Source of the DNA: Octopus sinensis
Lineage: Eukaryota
Assembly (NCBI RefSeq): GCF_006345805.1
Contig: NC_043006.1
Coordinates: forward strand, 100,006,001-100,070,000
Length of the DNA: 64,000 bases
Direction of reading: 5' to 3'
Shown here: one piece after another, positions 1 through 15,388 of the stretch
How the letters are laid out: the number at the start of each line of letters is the position of its first letter
How positions within the stretch are numbered: the first letter of the stretch is position 1
The notes under the pieces: generated by a model
The model's database searches: none
What the model saw: the letters and a program-made list of their open reading frames with translations, nothing else
Told to the model about the DNA's origin: nothing
Program-made: the position numbers and the translations under genes

Positions 1-90
1 AGAAGGTAACGACACACGAAATACTGCTAAGCATTTCGCCCGGCTCGCTAACGTTTCTGCCAGCTCGCCGCTTAGTGCCAGCTCGCCGCC
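1..90 (-). mobile_element. tRNA-derived SINE family A, 5' portion (runs off window start)
   Basis: Reverse complement GGCGGCGAGCTGGCAGAAACGTTAGCG... matches the head of full copies at 2408, 32461, 46379, 56724; the terminal GCCAGCTCGCCGC is duplicated. Confidence 0.8.
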
Positions 91-127
91 TATTATATAT
101 ATATATATTATATATATATATATATAT

Positions 128-160
<33 letters not shown>

Positions 161-196
161 TGTGTGTGTGGTGTGTGTGTGTGTGTGTGTGGTGTG

Positions 197-250
<54 letters not shown>

Positions 251-278
251 GTGTGTGTTTGTGTGCGTGTGTGTGTGT
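91..278. repeat. (TA)n-(TG)n compound microsatellite
   Basis: Direct reading; explains the ORFs at 75-293 and 108-350. Confidence 0.95.
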
Positions 279-685
279 AAGGGCTGGAGGTAGGTGGAGG
301 TAGCTGGAAGTAGCTAGCTCCAAATTCATAAAATCTTTAGATCGGCACAACCCAGAAGTGAAAGTGTGCTGATGGTGTCAGACACGTAGTGCACCATATA
401 GACCTCACTAGGATTTCTCCCCTTTGAGATATTTGGACCATTGCCGGTTACTAATATCACACCTCGTGTTCCGCAAACGGAAACTCTGATTCAATATTAT
501 TTGTGCTATTTTTCAGTTAATGTATAGAGTACTCACCGTTGAAACCAACGAAGAATCGATTGAAATATTTTTCGTAATTTATTTGTGGGCAATTTGGTTA
601 TTCGTGCTTCTGTATGATGATGTACACATACACACACTCACACTCACTCATTCATACAAACACACATATGATTAAGTGTGAATAT

Positions 686-746
<61 letters not shown>

Positions 747-751
747 TATAT

Positions 752-1217
752 ACAAGAAAAAAGCAACAAGAATGGATTAGTTGTTCAGTACAATTGTTTC
801 ATACGAAGAACAGCTGTATTATAAGCTGCAAATATTGCAGCAAATACAAGTGTCCCGTATTTTATAAAACTGTGCATCATTAGAGAACTTTGGAAGTCTG
901 CTTACAATCTAAATTTGCTTTTTATAGAACTCTCTTCGATACTTCATGAGTGTAGCCTCATCTCCCAGGATGTTTGGAAAACTCATATGTGTTTTGGCTG
1001 ATGAATACGGGACACTTGTATTTGCTGCAATATTTGCAGCTTTTAATAAAGCTGTTCTTCGTATGAAACAATTGTACTGAACAACTAATCCATTCTTGTT
1101 GCTTTTTTCTTGTTTATAATTACCCCATATTATTTTATGGTTAATACCATATAGATTTCTGGTGCATCTAAGTTAAGTACCGCATTCATGTGAATTCATT
1201 GGAACTCACTTGAATCT
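752..1217 (+). mobile_element. Penelope-like pLTR remnant forming an inverted repeat (752-861 / 1004-1113) plus conserved 3' tail
   Basis: ~110-bp arms near-identical in reverse complement; tail ...TTCTGGTGCATCTAAGTTAAGTACC shared with 5630-5717 and 29445-29540; flanked by (TA)n. Confidence 0.75.
992..1082 (+). ncRNA. Type I hammerhead ribozyme motif with extended stem II
   Basis: CTGATGA (998-1004), stem II ATACG/CGTAT, GAAAC-AATT-GTA (1065-1076), wobble stem I TTTGG/CTGAA. Confidence 0.75.
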
Positions 1218-1250
1218 TAATTGCTTTTACTGAAAGTATATATATAATAT

Positions 1251-1286
<36 letters not shown>

Positions 1287-2407
1287 GTGTGTGTGTGTAT
1301 GTGTTTATGTGTGTGTGTGTTTGTATGTATGTATGTTTGTATGTATATATATGTCGTCGTCAGAGATTTAAATACGCTGGTAGAAAATTGGATGGTTGAC
1401 ATTTTACGAGAAAATTCTTCTAACAATTATAAATGATTGTTGTGATTGCTATGGAATCTTTATAACAAAATGACAAATTATTCTTTAATAATTTAAAATT
1501 TTCCCAAGTTGCAAACAGTTGAACGTTCACTATCCATCGATCAACAACACAACTAGACGTGAATATGATGGATTACGAATTATGCCCTCCAAACAGATTG
1601 AAGATTAACCGGATATACGGGCTGATGAAATATGAAATTATTCGCTTCGTTATTTGAATATCCATCAACACCCAAATAGACATGAATTATTCTTAACTTA
1701 GTTACATAATAGCATTACCACTCTTTTATACAGAAATGTAAGCAGCATTGTCAAAAGTTGATGAACCATGCGGCTCAAAGTAATTTTCTGTCGAAGCAGA
1801 AAACTGTTTAATAAGAGAACACATTTCACGTGGAAGAGATATAACTGACGGGTAGCGTGTACGATTGTTCTGCTTATTTCAGGTATGTAGTGGCAAAATG
1901 TCTTCTTGACAACAACCGATAGGGACATCCGATAGGAGCAGCAGGATTGAGACATGTGTATGTCTGAGGGTCGATATACATAAGGCAACGACCAAATTTT
2001 CTTTAATTTAAAACCTCCCATCTGTAAGTGATTAAATATTTTCATTTCACGTATAATAATATGAATAAGAATATCTGTTTCATGGATAGTGAATATCTAT
2101 CTTTCGCGAAATAAATTGTGTTATGTGTGTGTATGTGTCTGTGTGTGTGTCTGTCTGTGTATGTGTATGTGTGTGAATGTGTGTGCCTATCTGTCTCTGT
2201 GTGTATGTGTGTACATATGTGATGAACATCGATGTTTCACCAATTTCGTGCCTTATAAATACGACTTACTTATACATATGTACACACACACACACAAACA
2301 CACACACATATATATATAGACAGCCCCCTCCCACAATTATGTGTGTATTTGCCTCTGTGTGTGTATGTATGTACATTTATATATACATACATTCATACAT
2401 ACATATA

Positions 2408-2640
2408 TATTTCTTTACTACCCACAAGGGGCTAAACACAGAGGGGACAAACAAGGACAGGTAAACGGATTAAGTCGATTCCATCGACCGCACTGCGTAA
2501 CTGGTACTTCATTTATCGACCCCGAAAGGATGAAAGGCAAAGTCGACCTCGGCGGAATTTGAACTCAGAACGTAACGGCAGACGAAATACGGCTACGTAT
2601 TTCGCCCGGTGTGCTAACGTTTCTACCAGCTCGCCGCCTT
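2408..2640 (-). mobile_element. tRNA-derived SINE family A, full length
   Basis: ~230 bp; B-box GAGTTCAAATTCC on the minus strand; highly similar to 46379-46610 and 56724-56957. Confidence 0.9.
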
Positions 2641-2857
2641 TCAAACATATATGCATACATATATACATACAGTGGGAGAAAGTGGGGGGATATGACGAGT
2701 TTTCTTGAGAACGACACATTGATAGGTATATGCTCTTAGGTATCAAGTCTATATGCCACCAAAATTCCAGTTACCATAGCGGTTGAAGTTGTGGTTTTAT
2801 GATAGTCTTGTTCAAAAAACGGTTATACATGGGCATCCCTTTCATACAGTAGGTATA

Positions 2858-3638
2858 GGTTAAAGTAATGACAAAAGGCAAACAGTTAGGAAGTGAAGGC
2901 CAGAGCCATTTCATTTCATTTCATTTCATTTAATAAAATCTAAAATTTAGCAATATAACGAATGGTAAGAATAGTAAAAATACAGTAAAGAATAGTGAAG
3001 ATAGACTCTGACAGCTGTTTCTGGGATATTCCAGCTATTGGAGCACCATGTCGACCGAATTTGCGTGAATATTAACACAACTTTGGAACCGCTAGCCTTC
3101 ATTCTCCCCCCCCTCTCTGGAATGATTACCTTTGAATTTACTGAACAATATACAGTATATCCAATACATACCTCTTACATATGTATATTTTTGTCATAAG
3201 AATGTATCTTTATTTTTCTCAATATTTGCTCAACTTTGGATCTGTTGGCATTCCTTTTCATTTTCCCTGCGTATGGAGTACAGCATAACAATCCTTTCTC
3301 TCTTCTCACCATGCTGTGCCACTTCTCAATACTTTCTAATCATGAATTTATCTAAAGAAGACCCGATCTAATTGGATTTAATTGGTCCCTCTCACCCTCA
3401 TGGATATAATGAACCATAATAGATATCACTGATGATGAACATTTTCCCCCTGTCTTACGTACATATCACCGATGACGGAATACCCAACTCAAAGTGTCAC
3501 CCGTCCATACAATGCTACAATAGCTAGGATGGCCAAGAAACAGCTGCCAGAGACTATCTTTAATATTCTATACTAATCTGTACGATAAAAGGCAAGCAAC
3601 TAGGCAAGTTTAGTTGTTGGCCTTTTATCACTGCTTTT

Positions 3639-3642
<4 letters not shown>
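2858..3642 (+). mobile_element. Degenerate PLE-type inverted repeat with hammerhead relic
   Basis: 2858-3040 is a gapped reverse complement of 3518-3642; C(T/C)GATGA at 3429 and 3469; GAAAC-AGCT-GCC at 3537 (GAAAC-AGCT-GTC in the left arm). Confidence 0.55.
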
Positions 3643-3681
<39 letters not shown>

Positions 3682-4297
3682 GGCGGTGCCCCAGCATGGC
3701 CACAGCTCATTAGCTGAAACTGGAAAAATCGAAATCAAAATCAAAATATATATATATATATATATATATATTGAATCAATCAGCGGTGTGTTTAATATAT
3801 ATCAAGAGAAATTAATTATACTCACGGGTCTGGTTTTAGAACTAATCTCGGCTATAGTTATGTTGCAGTTTTTTTTTTAAATTAAAAATTCTGATGCACA
3901 CTCTACTATCTTTTTACTCATTCGATTTTCGCGCTTCCTTTCTCCCCTCCTCCCCCTCCTGTTTTTTTCTCAATTATTCTATCTCCAATATTATCCTCTC
4001 CCTTCACGCTGCTCTGAATGTCATTCTCTCCCTCGCTTTTCCTCCCTTGATCACGTGGCTCCCACTTGCCCATCGGCCATCTTCTAACTTGTGTTTCTTT
4101 ATTTCACTCCATTGTAGCTGGCTCAATGAAGACGTGTTTTTGTCTATCTCCTGTCCAAGCTTGATTTACACGTTTTGTTTTCTATTTGTGGCTTTCGTTG
4201 TTCGAAAAAATAGTTCTTAATGTACTCGTATACCGTATATTTTGTTGTACACGTTTCCTGACGTCCTGTGCTTGCATATGCATATATATATATATAA

Positions 4298-4393
4298 TAA
4301 CAAAGGGTAAAATTAATTAATTAAGAAGTAATCAATAAATTTCACCAAGTAGAATTCGGTATGAAAAAAGGACCGTTACAGGGTAAATTTTAG

Positions 4394-4437
<44 letters not shown>

Positions 4438-4531
4438 TAAAATTTACCGTGTAACGGTCCTTTTTTCATACCGAATTCTACTTGGTGAAATTTATTGATT
4501 ACTTCTTAATTAATTAATCTTACCCTTTGTT

Positions 4532-4532
<1 letters not shown>
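4298..4532. repeat. Near-perfect palindrome, ~98-bp arms around a (TA)n centre
   Basis: 4298-4395 vs 4435-4532, about 2 mismatches; a diverged third copy lies at ~4617-4710. Confidence 0.9.
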
Positions 4533-4607
<75 letters not shown>

Positions 4608-4869
4608 TATACAATATGCAATAAAGGGTGGAATATAATTAATTTAATAAAATTAATCAATTTCACCTAGTAGATTTATCGGTATGGAAAAGACCATATT
4701 TGGTAAGGGTTATAATAATTATAAATAAGGGTTAAATGCAACAAGTTGCTCAAAACCACATACCGAAAATATTAGAAATAGCAGCCAAAATTGGTCACCA
4801 TTTCCTCTACTAGTAAAAAGTCTCCACAAACAAACACAATTTGTAAGCTATATATATATATATATATAT

Positions 4870-5251
4870 AATGCAGAACAATCCTCAGCTGCACAAAGAC
4901 ATAGAATTTAATAAAATTAGAACAGATGGACACATTACTAAAAATATACCTAAAATCCCCAAGAAGTTAAGGAGATAGACAAAGAACAAGCTTTCAGCGT
5001 GCTTTTTTCGTTTCTTGGAGAATTTAGGTATCATTTATACTCATGTGTCCATTTGTTCCAATTTAATTAAACCCTATATAGGCGCAGGAGTTGCTGTGTG
5101 GTAAGCTGCTTGCTTACCAACCACATGGTTCCGGGTTCAGTCCCACTGCGCGGCATCTTGGGCAAGTGTCTTCTGCTATAGCCCCGGGCCGACCAATGCC
5201 TTGTGAGTGGATTTGGTAGACGGAAACTGAAAGAAGCCTGTCGTATATATG

Positions 5252-5282
<31 letters not shown>

Positions 5283-5715
5283 ATGTTTGTGTGTCTGTGT
5301 TTGTCCCACTAACATTGCTTGACAACCGATGTTGGTGTGTTTACGTCCCCGTCACTTAGCGGTTCGGCAAAAGAGACCGATAGAATAAGTACTGGGCCTA
5401 CAAAGAATAAGTCCCGGGGTTGATTTGCTCGACCAAAGGCGGTGCTCCAGCATGGCCGCAGTCAAATGACTGAAACAAGTAAAAGAGTAAAAGAGAGTAA
5501 GAGTATATCTTTGTGCAGGATCACTCTGCATTTTAAAAAGATGTAATGATTGCATTGTGCAATTAAATGGAGTCGCATGAAACGATCGTACTGCATTACC
5601 TCTGGATATCCTTGTTGCTTATTTTGATATTAATCACGTTACTTTGAAATTGCATAGATAATACCATACTAAATTCTGGTGCCTCAAATCAAGTACCATA
5701 TTCATCTGAATCTAA

Positions 5716-5717
<2 letters not shown>
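4870..5717 (+). mobile_element. PLE pLTR inverted-repeat remnant interrupted by a family B SINE
   Basis: 4870-4990 is the reverse complement of 40810-40915 and of 5010-5075 + 5503-5520; GAAAC-GATC-GTA-CTGCAT at ~5579; conserved tail TTCTGGTGCCTCAAATCAAGTACC. Confidence 0.7.
5081..5502 (+). mobile_element. tRNA-derived SINE family B, full length
   Basis: A-box-like TTGCTGTGTGG, B-box GGTTCAGTCCC, internal (TA)(TG) tract, 3' (GAGTAAAA)n tail; near-identical to 6553-6950. Confidence 0.9.
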
Positions 5718-6082
<365 letters not shown>

Positions 6083-6262
6083 TTAATATAGCTTTTGAAT
6101 TTGTTAATGGGAAAAAGTGTTGAATAATCAAATAAAGCTCCTATTCCATTATGCCGCCTACATCATAATGATAATGACTGGTGAACCAGTTTTGGGGGTA
6201 GCATCCAGCTGCACCGATATAATGTAGAATAAAAGATAGTAATAATAACAATAATCTTTGGG

Positions 6263-6525
6263 TGGAATTTATAATACTTTTAATGCATCACTACGTTCCA
6301 CGATCATACGTCACAATCCGTATTCTTAGGATGGTTACAGCGTAGTCCGTAGTATCGGTAGGTTCCGAGGAGATTCTCTTCATGGTGATAGGACATTAAT
6401 AGATGCTTTCCCACATATACTACGGACTACATCGTAATCATCCCTTTAATACGGCTGTGATCTTATGCGTCATGTGATCTGTGGAAACGCGCGTAGCGAT
6501 GTATTACAATATTGATAAATTCTTT
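6263..6525. repeat. Imperfect inverted repeat (~95-105 bp arms)
   Basis: GTAGTCCGTAGTAT / ATACTACGGACTAC core; GAAAC-GCGC-GTA in the right arm suggests a PLE/HHR origin. Confidence 0.6.
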
Positions 6526-6552
6526 CCAATAATTTTATTTGTTATTATATAT

Positions 6553-6950
6553 GGAGTGGCTGTGTGGTAAGTAGCTTGCTAACCAACCACATGGTCCCGG
6601 GTTCAGTCCCACTGCGTGGCATCTTGGGCAAGTGTCTTCTGCTATAGCCCCGGGCCGACAAATGCCTTGTGAGTGAATTTGGTAGACGGAAACTGAAAGA
6701 AGCCTGTCGTATATATGTATATATATATATATTTGTGTGTCTGTGTTTGTCCCCCTAGCATTGCTTGACAACAGATGCTGGCGTGTTTATGTCCCCGTCA
6801 CTTAACGGTTCGGCAAAAGAGACCGATAGAATAAGTACTGGGCTTACAAAAGAATAAGTCCCGGGGTCGAGTTGCTCGATTAAAGGCGGTGCTCCAGCAT
6901 GGCCGCAGTCAAATGACTGAAACAAGTAAAAGAGTAAAAGAGTAAAGAGT
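6553..6950 (+). mobile_element. tRNA-derived SINE family B
   Basis: Near-identical to 5081-5502. Confidence 0.9.
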
Positions 6951-7751
6951 ATATTAATACACGCACAAATACACACATACACACACATATTGATATTGAT
7001 ATCATTGATGTTTATATTTAATGTGTATACATATGCATACAGATTTGTCGTGCGATATATGTTTTCATAGAATCGTGGAAATCACTCTTTAAGGCCACTC
7101 GGATATTAGACCATAAAGGAATCGAATACATATAGGTATAGTGCAGAGTTCCTCTCATTCAAATTACTTCGTGAGGATTAAATATATTTGGAGCATATCA
7201 TCAGTTACCATGGTGGTAGTGTGATCTTACGAGCTTCCTTTTTCTGTCTGCGTTGATTTGTACATCTATAATTCGATTGTTTAATGTGTAGTATTCATAT
7301 TTGTGCAGACATGTAAACATGATCTATTATACGCTGAAATTATTATTACGTGAACAAGTCCGCGCAACAGGCTTAATCTTATGTATGAAAAGTGGTTAAA
7401 TATATCAAACTCTCATACCTCCTGACTCTTTTATAGCTCATGTATGCACATATTTATGTATAACCTGTGTGTGTTTGCGTGTGTGTGTGTGTGTGTGTGT
7501 GTGCGTGTGCGTGTGCGTGTATGTATGTATATATATATATATATATACATACATACACGCACACACATATATGAATATATATATATATGTATATGTACAT
7601 ATATATATATATATACATATATATATGTACATATATATATACATATATGTACATATATATGTATGTGTATATATATATGTACATATATATATATATATAT
7701 ATGTACATATATATATATGTATATATATATATATGTATATATATATGTATA

Positions 7752-7999
7752 TCACCGTGAACGACCAGGCAATCAGATGTTGCTACACATTGTTTTAGCC
7801 TTCAAAGGACGCCACCCCGCTGGCTAAGCGAGCAGGCTAACAGAAGAAAGAGTGAGAGAAAGTTGTAACGAAAGAGTACAGCAGGGATCGCCGTAGCCTT
7901 ATGGAGCTATAGGTGTTTTCGCTCAATAAACACTCACAACGCCTGGTCTGGGAATCGAAACCGCTATCCTACGACCGAGAGTCCGCTGCCCTAACCACT
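7752..7999 (-). mobile_element. tRNA-derived SINE family C
   Basis: Reverse complement of 36406-36700 (with deletions); A/B boxes AGTGGTTAGG...GGTTTCGATTCC. Confidence 0.85.
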
Positions 8000-8016
8000 A
8001 TACATATATCTTTATA

Positions 8017-9861
<1,845 letters not shown>

Positions 9862-10496
9862 TGTGTGTATATGAATGCCTGCGAGTGGGGTATATATTAA
9901 AATATAATTAAGATTCAGTTAAATTAAGTATTTAAGCACTTTGTTAGGTTGGAGTACGTGCGCACTCAATTAATATTCAGTGTTTATCAAACTTGAATCA
10001 GAAGTGCCAGCACCTGATTTTCTTTCAGTGTATGCAAATAATACGACCCTGCTTTGTGAAGAGATCCTCTCTTCGTTAATCAGACATGTACTTTATCTTA
10101 AAATGCTTTCTATAATATTTGTGAAGCGCAGTTTCCAGGATAGGTGAATAAAGAATAAACGAGTAAAAATAGGTACACATTCATTACGGCCGTTATAAGC
10201 GATTCCTTTAATTGATTAATGAGAACATTACATCATTGCAGAGAAACCGTTTTTGTCAGATGACTGCATGAGCTTCAAATATAATTTACATAGTCGCAAA
10301 TCCGCAGAGCCGAAATATTTACATCGATACATTTTAATATCAACGACACCAAACGGCGGCGGAGGTCTGCACATGAAGCTATATGCCTAAACACAATGGC
10401 ATGCTTCTTCACGATCCAACGATCCAATGTCAGTCCTGATCCAGCATAGGGAAGGTTCCAGGTATGGTGTTTGTATAAAGATTCGTGTTGCTTCTT

Positions 10497-10550
<54 letters not shown>

Positions 10551-10959
10551 TTGTAGATATATATGCGAGTGTATGCGTTTAATAACGTACCGTATGTAAC
10601 ATGTGTTCCTGTATGCAGTGTAAATTAACGAAATAGAAGCACGTGTACAGAGAGACAAGGAATTTTATATTTTACCTTGCAGCCTTGCAACTGCTGCGAT
10701 AATTATTAACCGGTAATGGAACAGCAAATGTGTATGGTTTTAAAGGAAATCAAAATAAAATTTCGTATTGACACTTCACTCATGTCAGTCGACAGGAATG
10801 TACGTGCAAATGTACTTGCGTGTGTTTATATAGTACGTCTGCACTTATGTATGCAATGTAAATTAATCCCCCTAAAATTACGTCGACACTGCTGGGGTCC
10901 CATAATCACATAAAATTTGATTTCATTTGGTTGAGCCGTTTGAGAATGCATTGGGAACA

Positions 10960-11000
<41 letters not shown>

Positions 11001-11191
11001 CAATTTTACTGAACCTTCAGTTGTTTTATATGCTAGACCACTGGTGTGAAATTTATATTAATTAAATTAATATCAAATTTCTTACACTCATTTTAAATTA
11101 TATATATATATTATATATATATATATATATATAGATAGATAGATAGATATACACGCACACCACACACACACACAAACACACACACACACAC

Positions 11192-11224
<33 letters not shown>

Positions 11225-13203
11225 GAATGCACGCGACCTATCAGTTAAGGCGGGTAGCTCGTGATTATACGTTTGTGAGTTCGATTACTGAATCGAGCGG
11301 TGCTGGAAAACATTTTTAATTTTTTTAATTTCAAGTTGCGTCTTGCGATGCCACACAACTATATGTGTTCCAACGTAATGCAGCTCTTTCTGCCTTCGGC
11401 ACAGCACTTTACATGTTTCGATATTTTATCGATATCATCCAGCGAATACATTTGCGACTAAACAATACATTTAACGACAGCATTCTACATAGCTCCATCT
11501 TATATCACCTTCAAGGTGACGGTTGATATTAACGGATGATGAGAGATTGTAGATATGGGTATAATGAAAAAGAGATTTGAAACATGTAACTCTAAGATAT
11601 TAATTAGACCGAAAGCTAGTGTGAGAATTGGTAACTTTATAATAGTGGAACAAAACGAATGAAAATCTCTTCAATTTCTCAGTAAAAGAAGACGTTTGAA
11701 ATATATGATTTGTTTTATGAATGCGTATTCGAAAACATCACGACAGATATCCTCCATTTGAACTCCAGATATCGATTGAATTGGAGACTCTTCATGCTGG
11801 TATATAAACAATTCGATTTATCATCGACTTTCCCTGATGGGCGTGCTTTGATTTCTTTTCAGTTAGACTAGTCTGTTTAATCTTTCCTTGATGTCCTCTG
11901 CCTTTGGACAATTCTGCTGTTATCTATTCCAGAGAGTGTATATTGCTTTGTAAATGACGACGATTAGCATATAGTGGCAAGTCATCAACAGTATAACAAA
12001 CACACTAAAGTAATATCCTATTATTTTAATGCAACTAGTGTTACAGAATTGTTATGGCAAAATTGTAGTGATAGTAGTGAATTTGACGTAATACATAGGC
12101 TGGAGCTCATAGAATATAAGATGGCCGCTCACAATTTATTGCGATATTTACTTAGGCCATTTTGCATTTTAAACTTAGCGTTTTATTATTTTTGACTAGA
12201 TGAAAAACTTCCCAAATAATGGGCTAATATAATCGACTATACCGATGCCTCAAATTTAAAAGGTTATTCTTAAGTAAGCAATTTTATATTATCTGCACAG
12301 TATATTGTCATATAATATTCTCTGCAGATAACTACTTATATCGAACCATTTCGCTTCTAATACTCTCCTTTTTGATGTATTTATCATAAACCGAGATATT
12401 ACTATATGATATTTTATTTACTACATATAGTAAATAAATTGTTACGTTTTGATGAAGGCAAAGTTGAATTTTGCACGTTTTGGCTGCAGTAGAGAATGCT
12501 ATACATGTGGGGACGATAGTAGAAATAAGAGTTAGATGAAGTAACTGACAGAACTTACGTGATGTGGTGTCCGAGATGTCGAATAAATGTCGGTTACGTT
12601 AGAGGGAAAAGGGCGATGAAATGGGCGATGCTTGGAGGTTATGAAGAAAATATGAGGAAACGGGGTTTGAATATTTCACATTGCAATGCATTGTGTTGGA
12701 AGCAAGTGATAAGGATGGTAGGGTGCGTGATGGACAAAGTAAACGAAAATGTGTACAGTGTTGGTGAAAATTAGCCGGTGGTGTTGAGGCAACAGCGGAA
12801 CCAATCAATAGCGAGAGTCAGTAACAATGTGGTTCAACGTATACAATGATACGTCACAGCAGCAAGTGAGAAATGGTGGTGGAGAAAATGTTTGAGATAA
12901 TGAGTTTAATCATGAAAGGGTAGTTTGTGATTCGTTATAAGGTTAGAATATCATAGATACCTTGTGCAGGATAATTTAATGAAGTTGTAATACAATTAGG
13001 TTGTGTGAGTGTAGCGATTGGATGGCAACATATTGTAGAATAGGAATCAACAAACGGAGAAACCAGACTACGAAATATTTAATTACGCTATGCGGAAGAA
13101 ACAGGGAGGAATCTAAAGTCTCGAACAGTGAGCCTTCGAAAGATATACAGCAAAAAAAAATAAATAAATATGGGAAATGAAACAGCAGAAAACAATGATT
13201 TTT

Positions 13204-13246
<43 letters not shown>

Positions 13247-13440
13247 GGATAAATAACTAAATGGGATATGAAAGAGTAGAAATCAATAGAATGATGCTTT
13301 GAAAATACAAATGTGACACTGAAAGAATACAAAGGTGATGACCTGGACACTTGAATAGACATATTCATGTAAGCGGAGACAACTGAATAATATACATTAT
13401 TTACAATGGACGGATATTTGTCCTCATCTTGTTTGTTGTT

Positions 13441-13486
13441 ACCACAACATTTCGGCTGATATACTCTCCAGCCTTCATCAGGTGCC
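13441..13486 (-). ncRNA. Minimal hammerhead ribozyme motif in pLTR
   Basis: CAC-CTGATGA-A-GGCTG-gagagtatat-CAGCC-GAAAT-GTT-GTG. Confidence 0.7.
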
Positions 13487-13580
13487 CTGATAGAATTTTG
13501 AACCTGGTTTCTCATTCCTAAGGTATTTGTTGCTGATATTATTATTATTATTAATATCATTATTATTCATTTGAATGAAT

Positions 13581-13650
13581 TGCCTTGATTTGAACTCGCA
13601 ATCTTGGGGTTAGTAGCCTGCACTCTTAACCATTACGCTATGCTCGTGGG
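13581..13650 (-). other. tRNA-like Pol III head inside pLTR
   Basis: TAGCGTAATGG (A box), GG-CTACTAA-CC anticodon-like arm, GAGTTCAAATC (B box). Confidence 0.7.
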
Positions 13651-15265
13651 CAATTACAGAGTAAATTTTAGGGCTTATAAACTTAATATTTTTGTATTCC
13701 TCTTTAATACCAGTTCACATATTCTACTCCTATCTGTACTTTGTCTGCTTAAGAGGTTACTGAGTGTTAGGAAATGTGCTGTCTCTTTTAGTTTTCGTAT
13801 TTTCCATTGGTGTTCTATGTCTATTATTTTAACTTCATCTCACGGGTAAGGTGGTCTCCGCTTATACATACATTACCTTCTACAACTTACTTTTAAAAAT
13901 CTCCTTGTGTCGCAGCTTTACGATGTTCATCTACCCTTATTTAGAGTGGGCGACATGTTTCGTCTTTTATAACCTACTACAATAGCATGGGATGGAGTAC
14001 ACGCAGTCTTTGGTTATATACTCTTTTATTGGTGGTTTTTCACGAAGGAGATATTATCCAAGTGGTGTATTCTTCCTGCATACCGTACCGATGTTATATG
14101 GACCGCATATCATTTGTATCTTTTCCGAGAGGCCTTTCACATGGGGTAGACAGACTGCGGTCAGTTTATGGGTTTCATTTTCTCTCCTCTTCCTAATTGG
14201 AGTGGATAGTATATTTTGGGATAGTTGTTCTTTAATAGATTGTTACTTAGCTTGATCATTTCTTCGTGGTATGTGTCAGGATTGCTACTTATATTCTTTG
14301 TTCGATGTTTTAGGCACTGAGCAATCCCTCTCTTTACATTGTATGGGTGGTGGGAATTGAAGTTGAAGTATTGTCCAGTGACGTTTGGCTTGCGGTATAC
14401 GGATGCCATGAACCCGTGATTAGTGCGTGTTATTAATACATCCAGGAATGCTAGCTGATTGTCTTTTCCTTTTCCATTGTAAAGTGTATGGAAGGCTTTA
14501 TTCACTTTACATGATCTAGCAGTACTTGGACATGTTCTTGGTGTGGCCAGAGTATAAAAGTATCATCAACGTATCGAAGCCATAGGATTGGATTTATTAG
14601 TGTTGATCCCAAAGCCAAATTCTCAACGTATTCCCTGTATATATTGGCTATTAATGTGTGAAAATGGTGAACCCATAGCTAAACCCTCATCTTGTGGATA
14701 TATATCAGTGTCTACTCTGAAGTAGGTCAACATTCCCATCAGGTTTCCTATTGTTATAATAGTGAGATCTTTTAGATAGGTGTCCGTCACTAGTTTTTCT
14801 TGAATCACTGATAGTGCTTCATCAGTTGGGACTTTGGTGATCAGACATAACATTTAAACTTACCATCTGGTTGAATGCAATGGGGGTAACCTTGATCAAT
14901 TCTGTGAAGTGGGAAGAATTCTTCATATATGATGTTGACTTACCTGCTAATGGGCTGATTATATCCACAAGGAAGCGGCTCAGTAGATGACATGCCGAAC
15001 CTCTACCACTCACGATAGGCCTTAATAGAATACCATGTGTATGGAAAAGTGGAAACCACCTTATCCTTTGGGACGAAGTTCAAATAAGAGACAGATGACA
15101 TCACAGGAAAATACGAAAACTAAAAGAGGCAGCACATTTGCTAGGACACAATAATCACATAAGCAGACCCAGTGCAGATATAAGTAGAATATGGGAACCA
15201 TTATTAAGGTAGGATACAAAAATATTAGGTTTATAAACCTTAAAATTCACTCTGTAATTGCCCAC

Positions 15266-15324
15266 AGGCATATAGTGTAACGGTTAAGAGAGCGGGCTAC
15301 TAACCCCAAGATTGGGAGTTCAAG

Positions 15325-15388
<64 letters not shown>

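Noticed and set aside
1698-2045. 115-aa minus-strand ORF with GGFKLKK (Bel/Pao-like)
   Set aside because: No other RT motifs recognisable
12500-12950. Possible very old Penelope C-terminal coding relic on the minus strand
   Set aside because: Similarity too fragmentary to support
13581-13650. Genuine tRNA gene (anticodon ACT)
   Set aside because: Poor acceptor/T-stem pairing, repeated within a TE; treated as a tRNA-derived head
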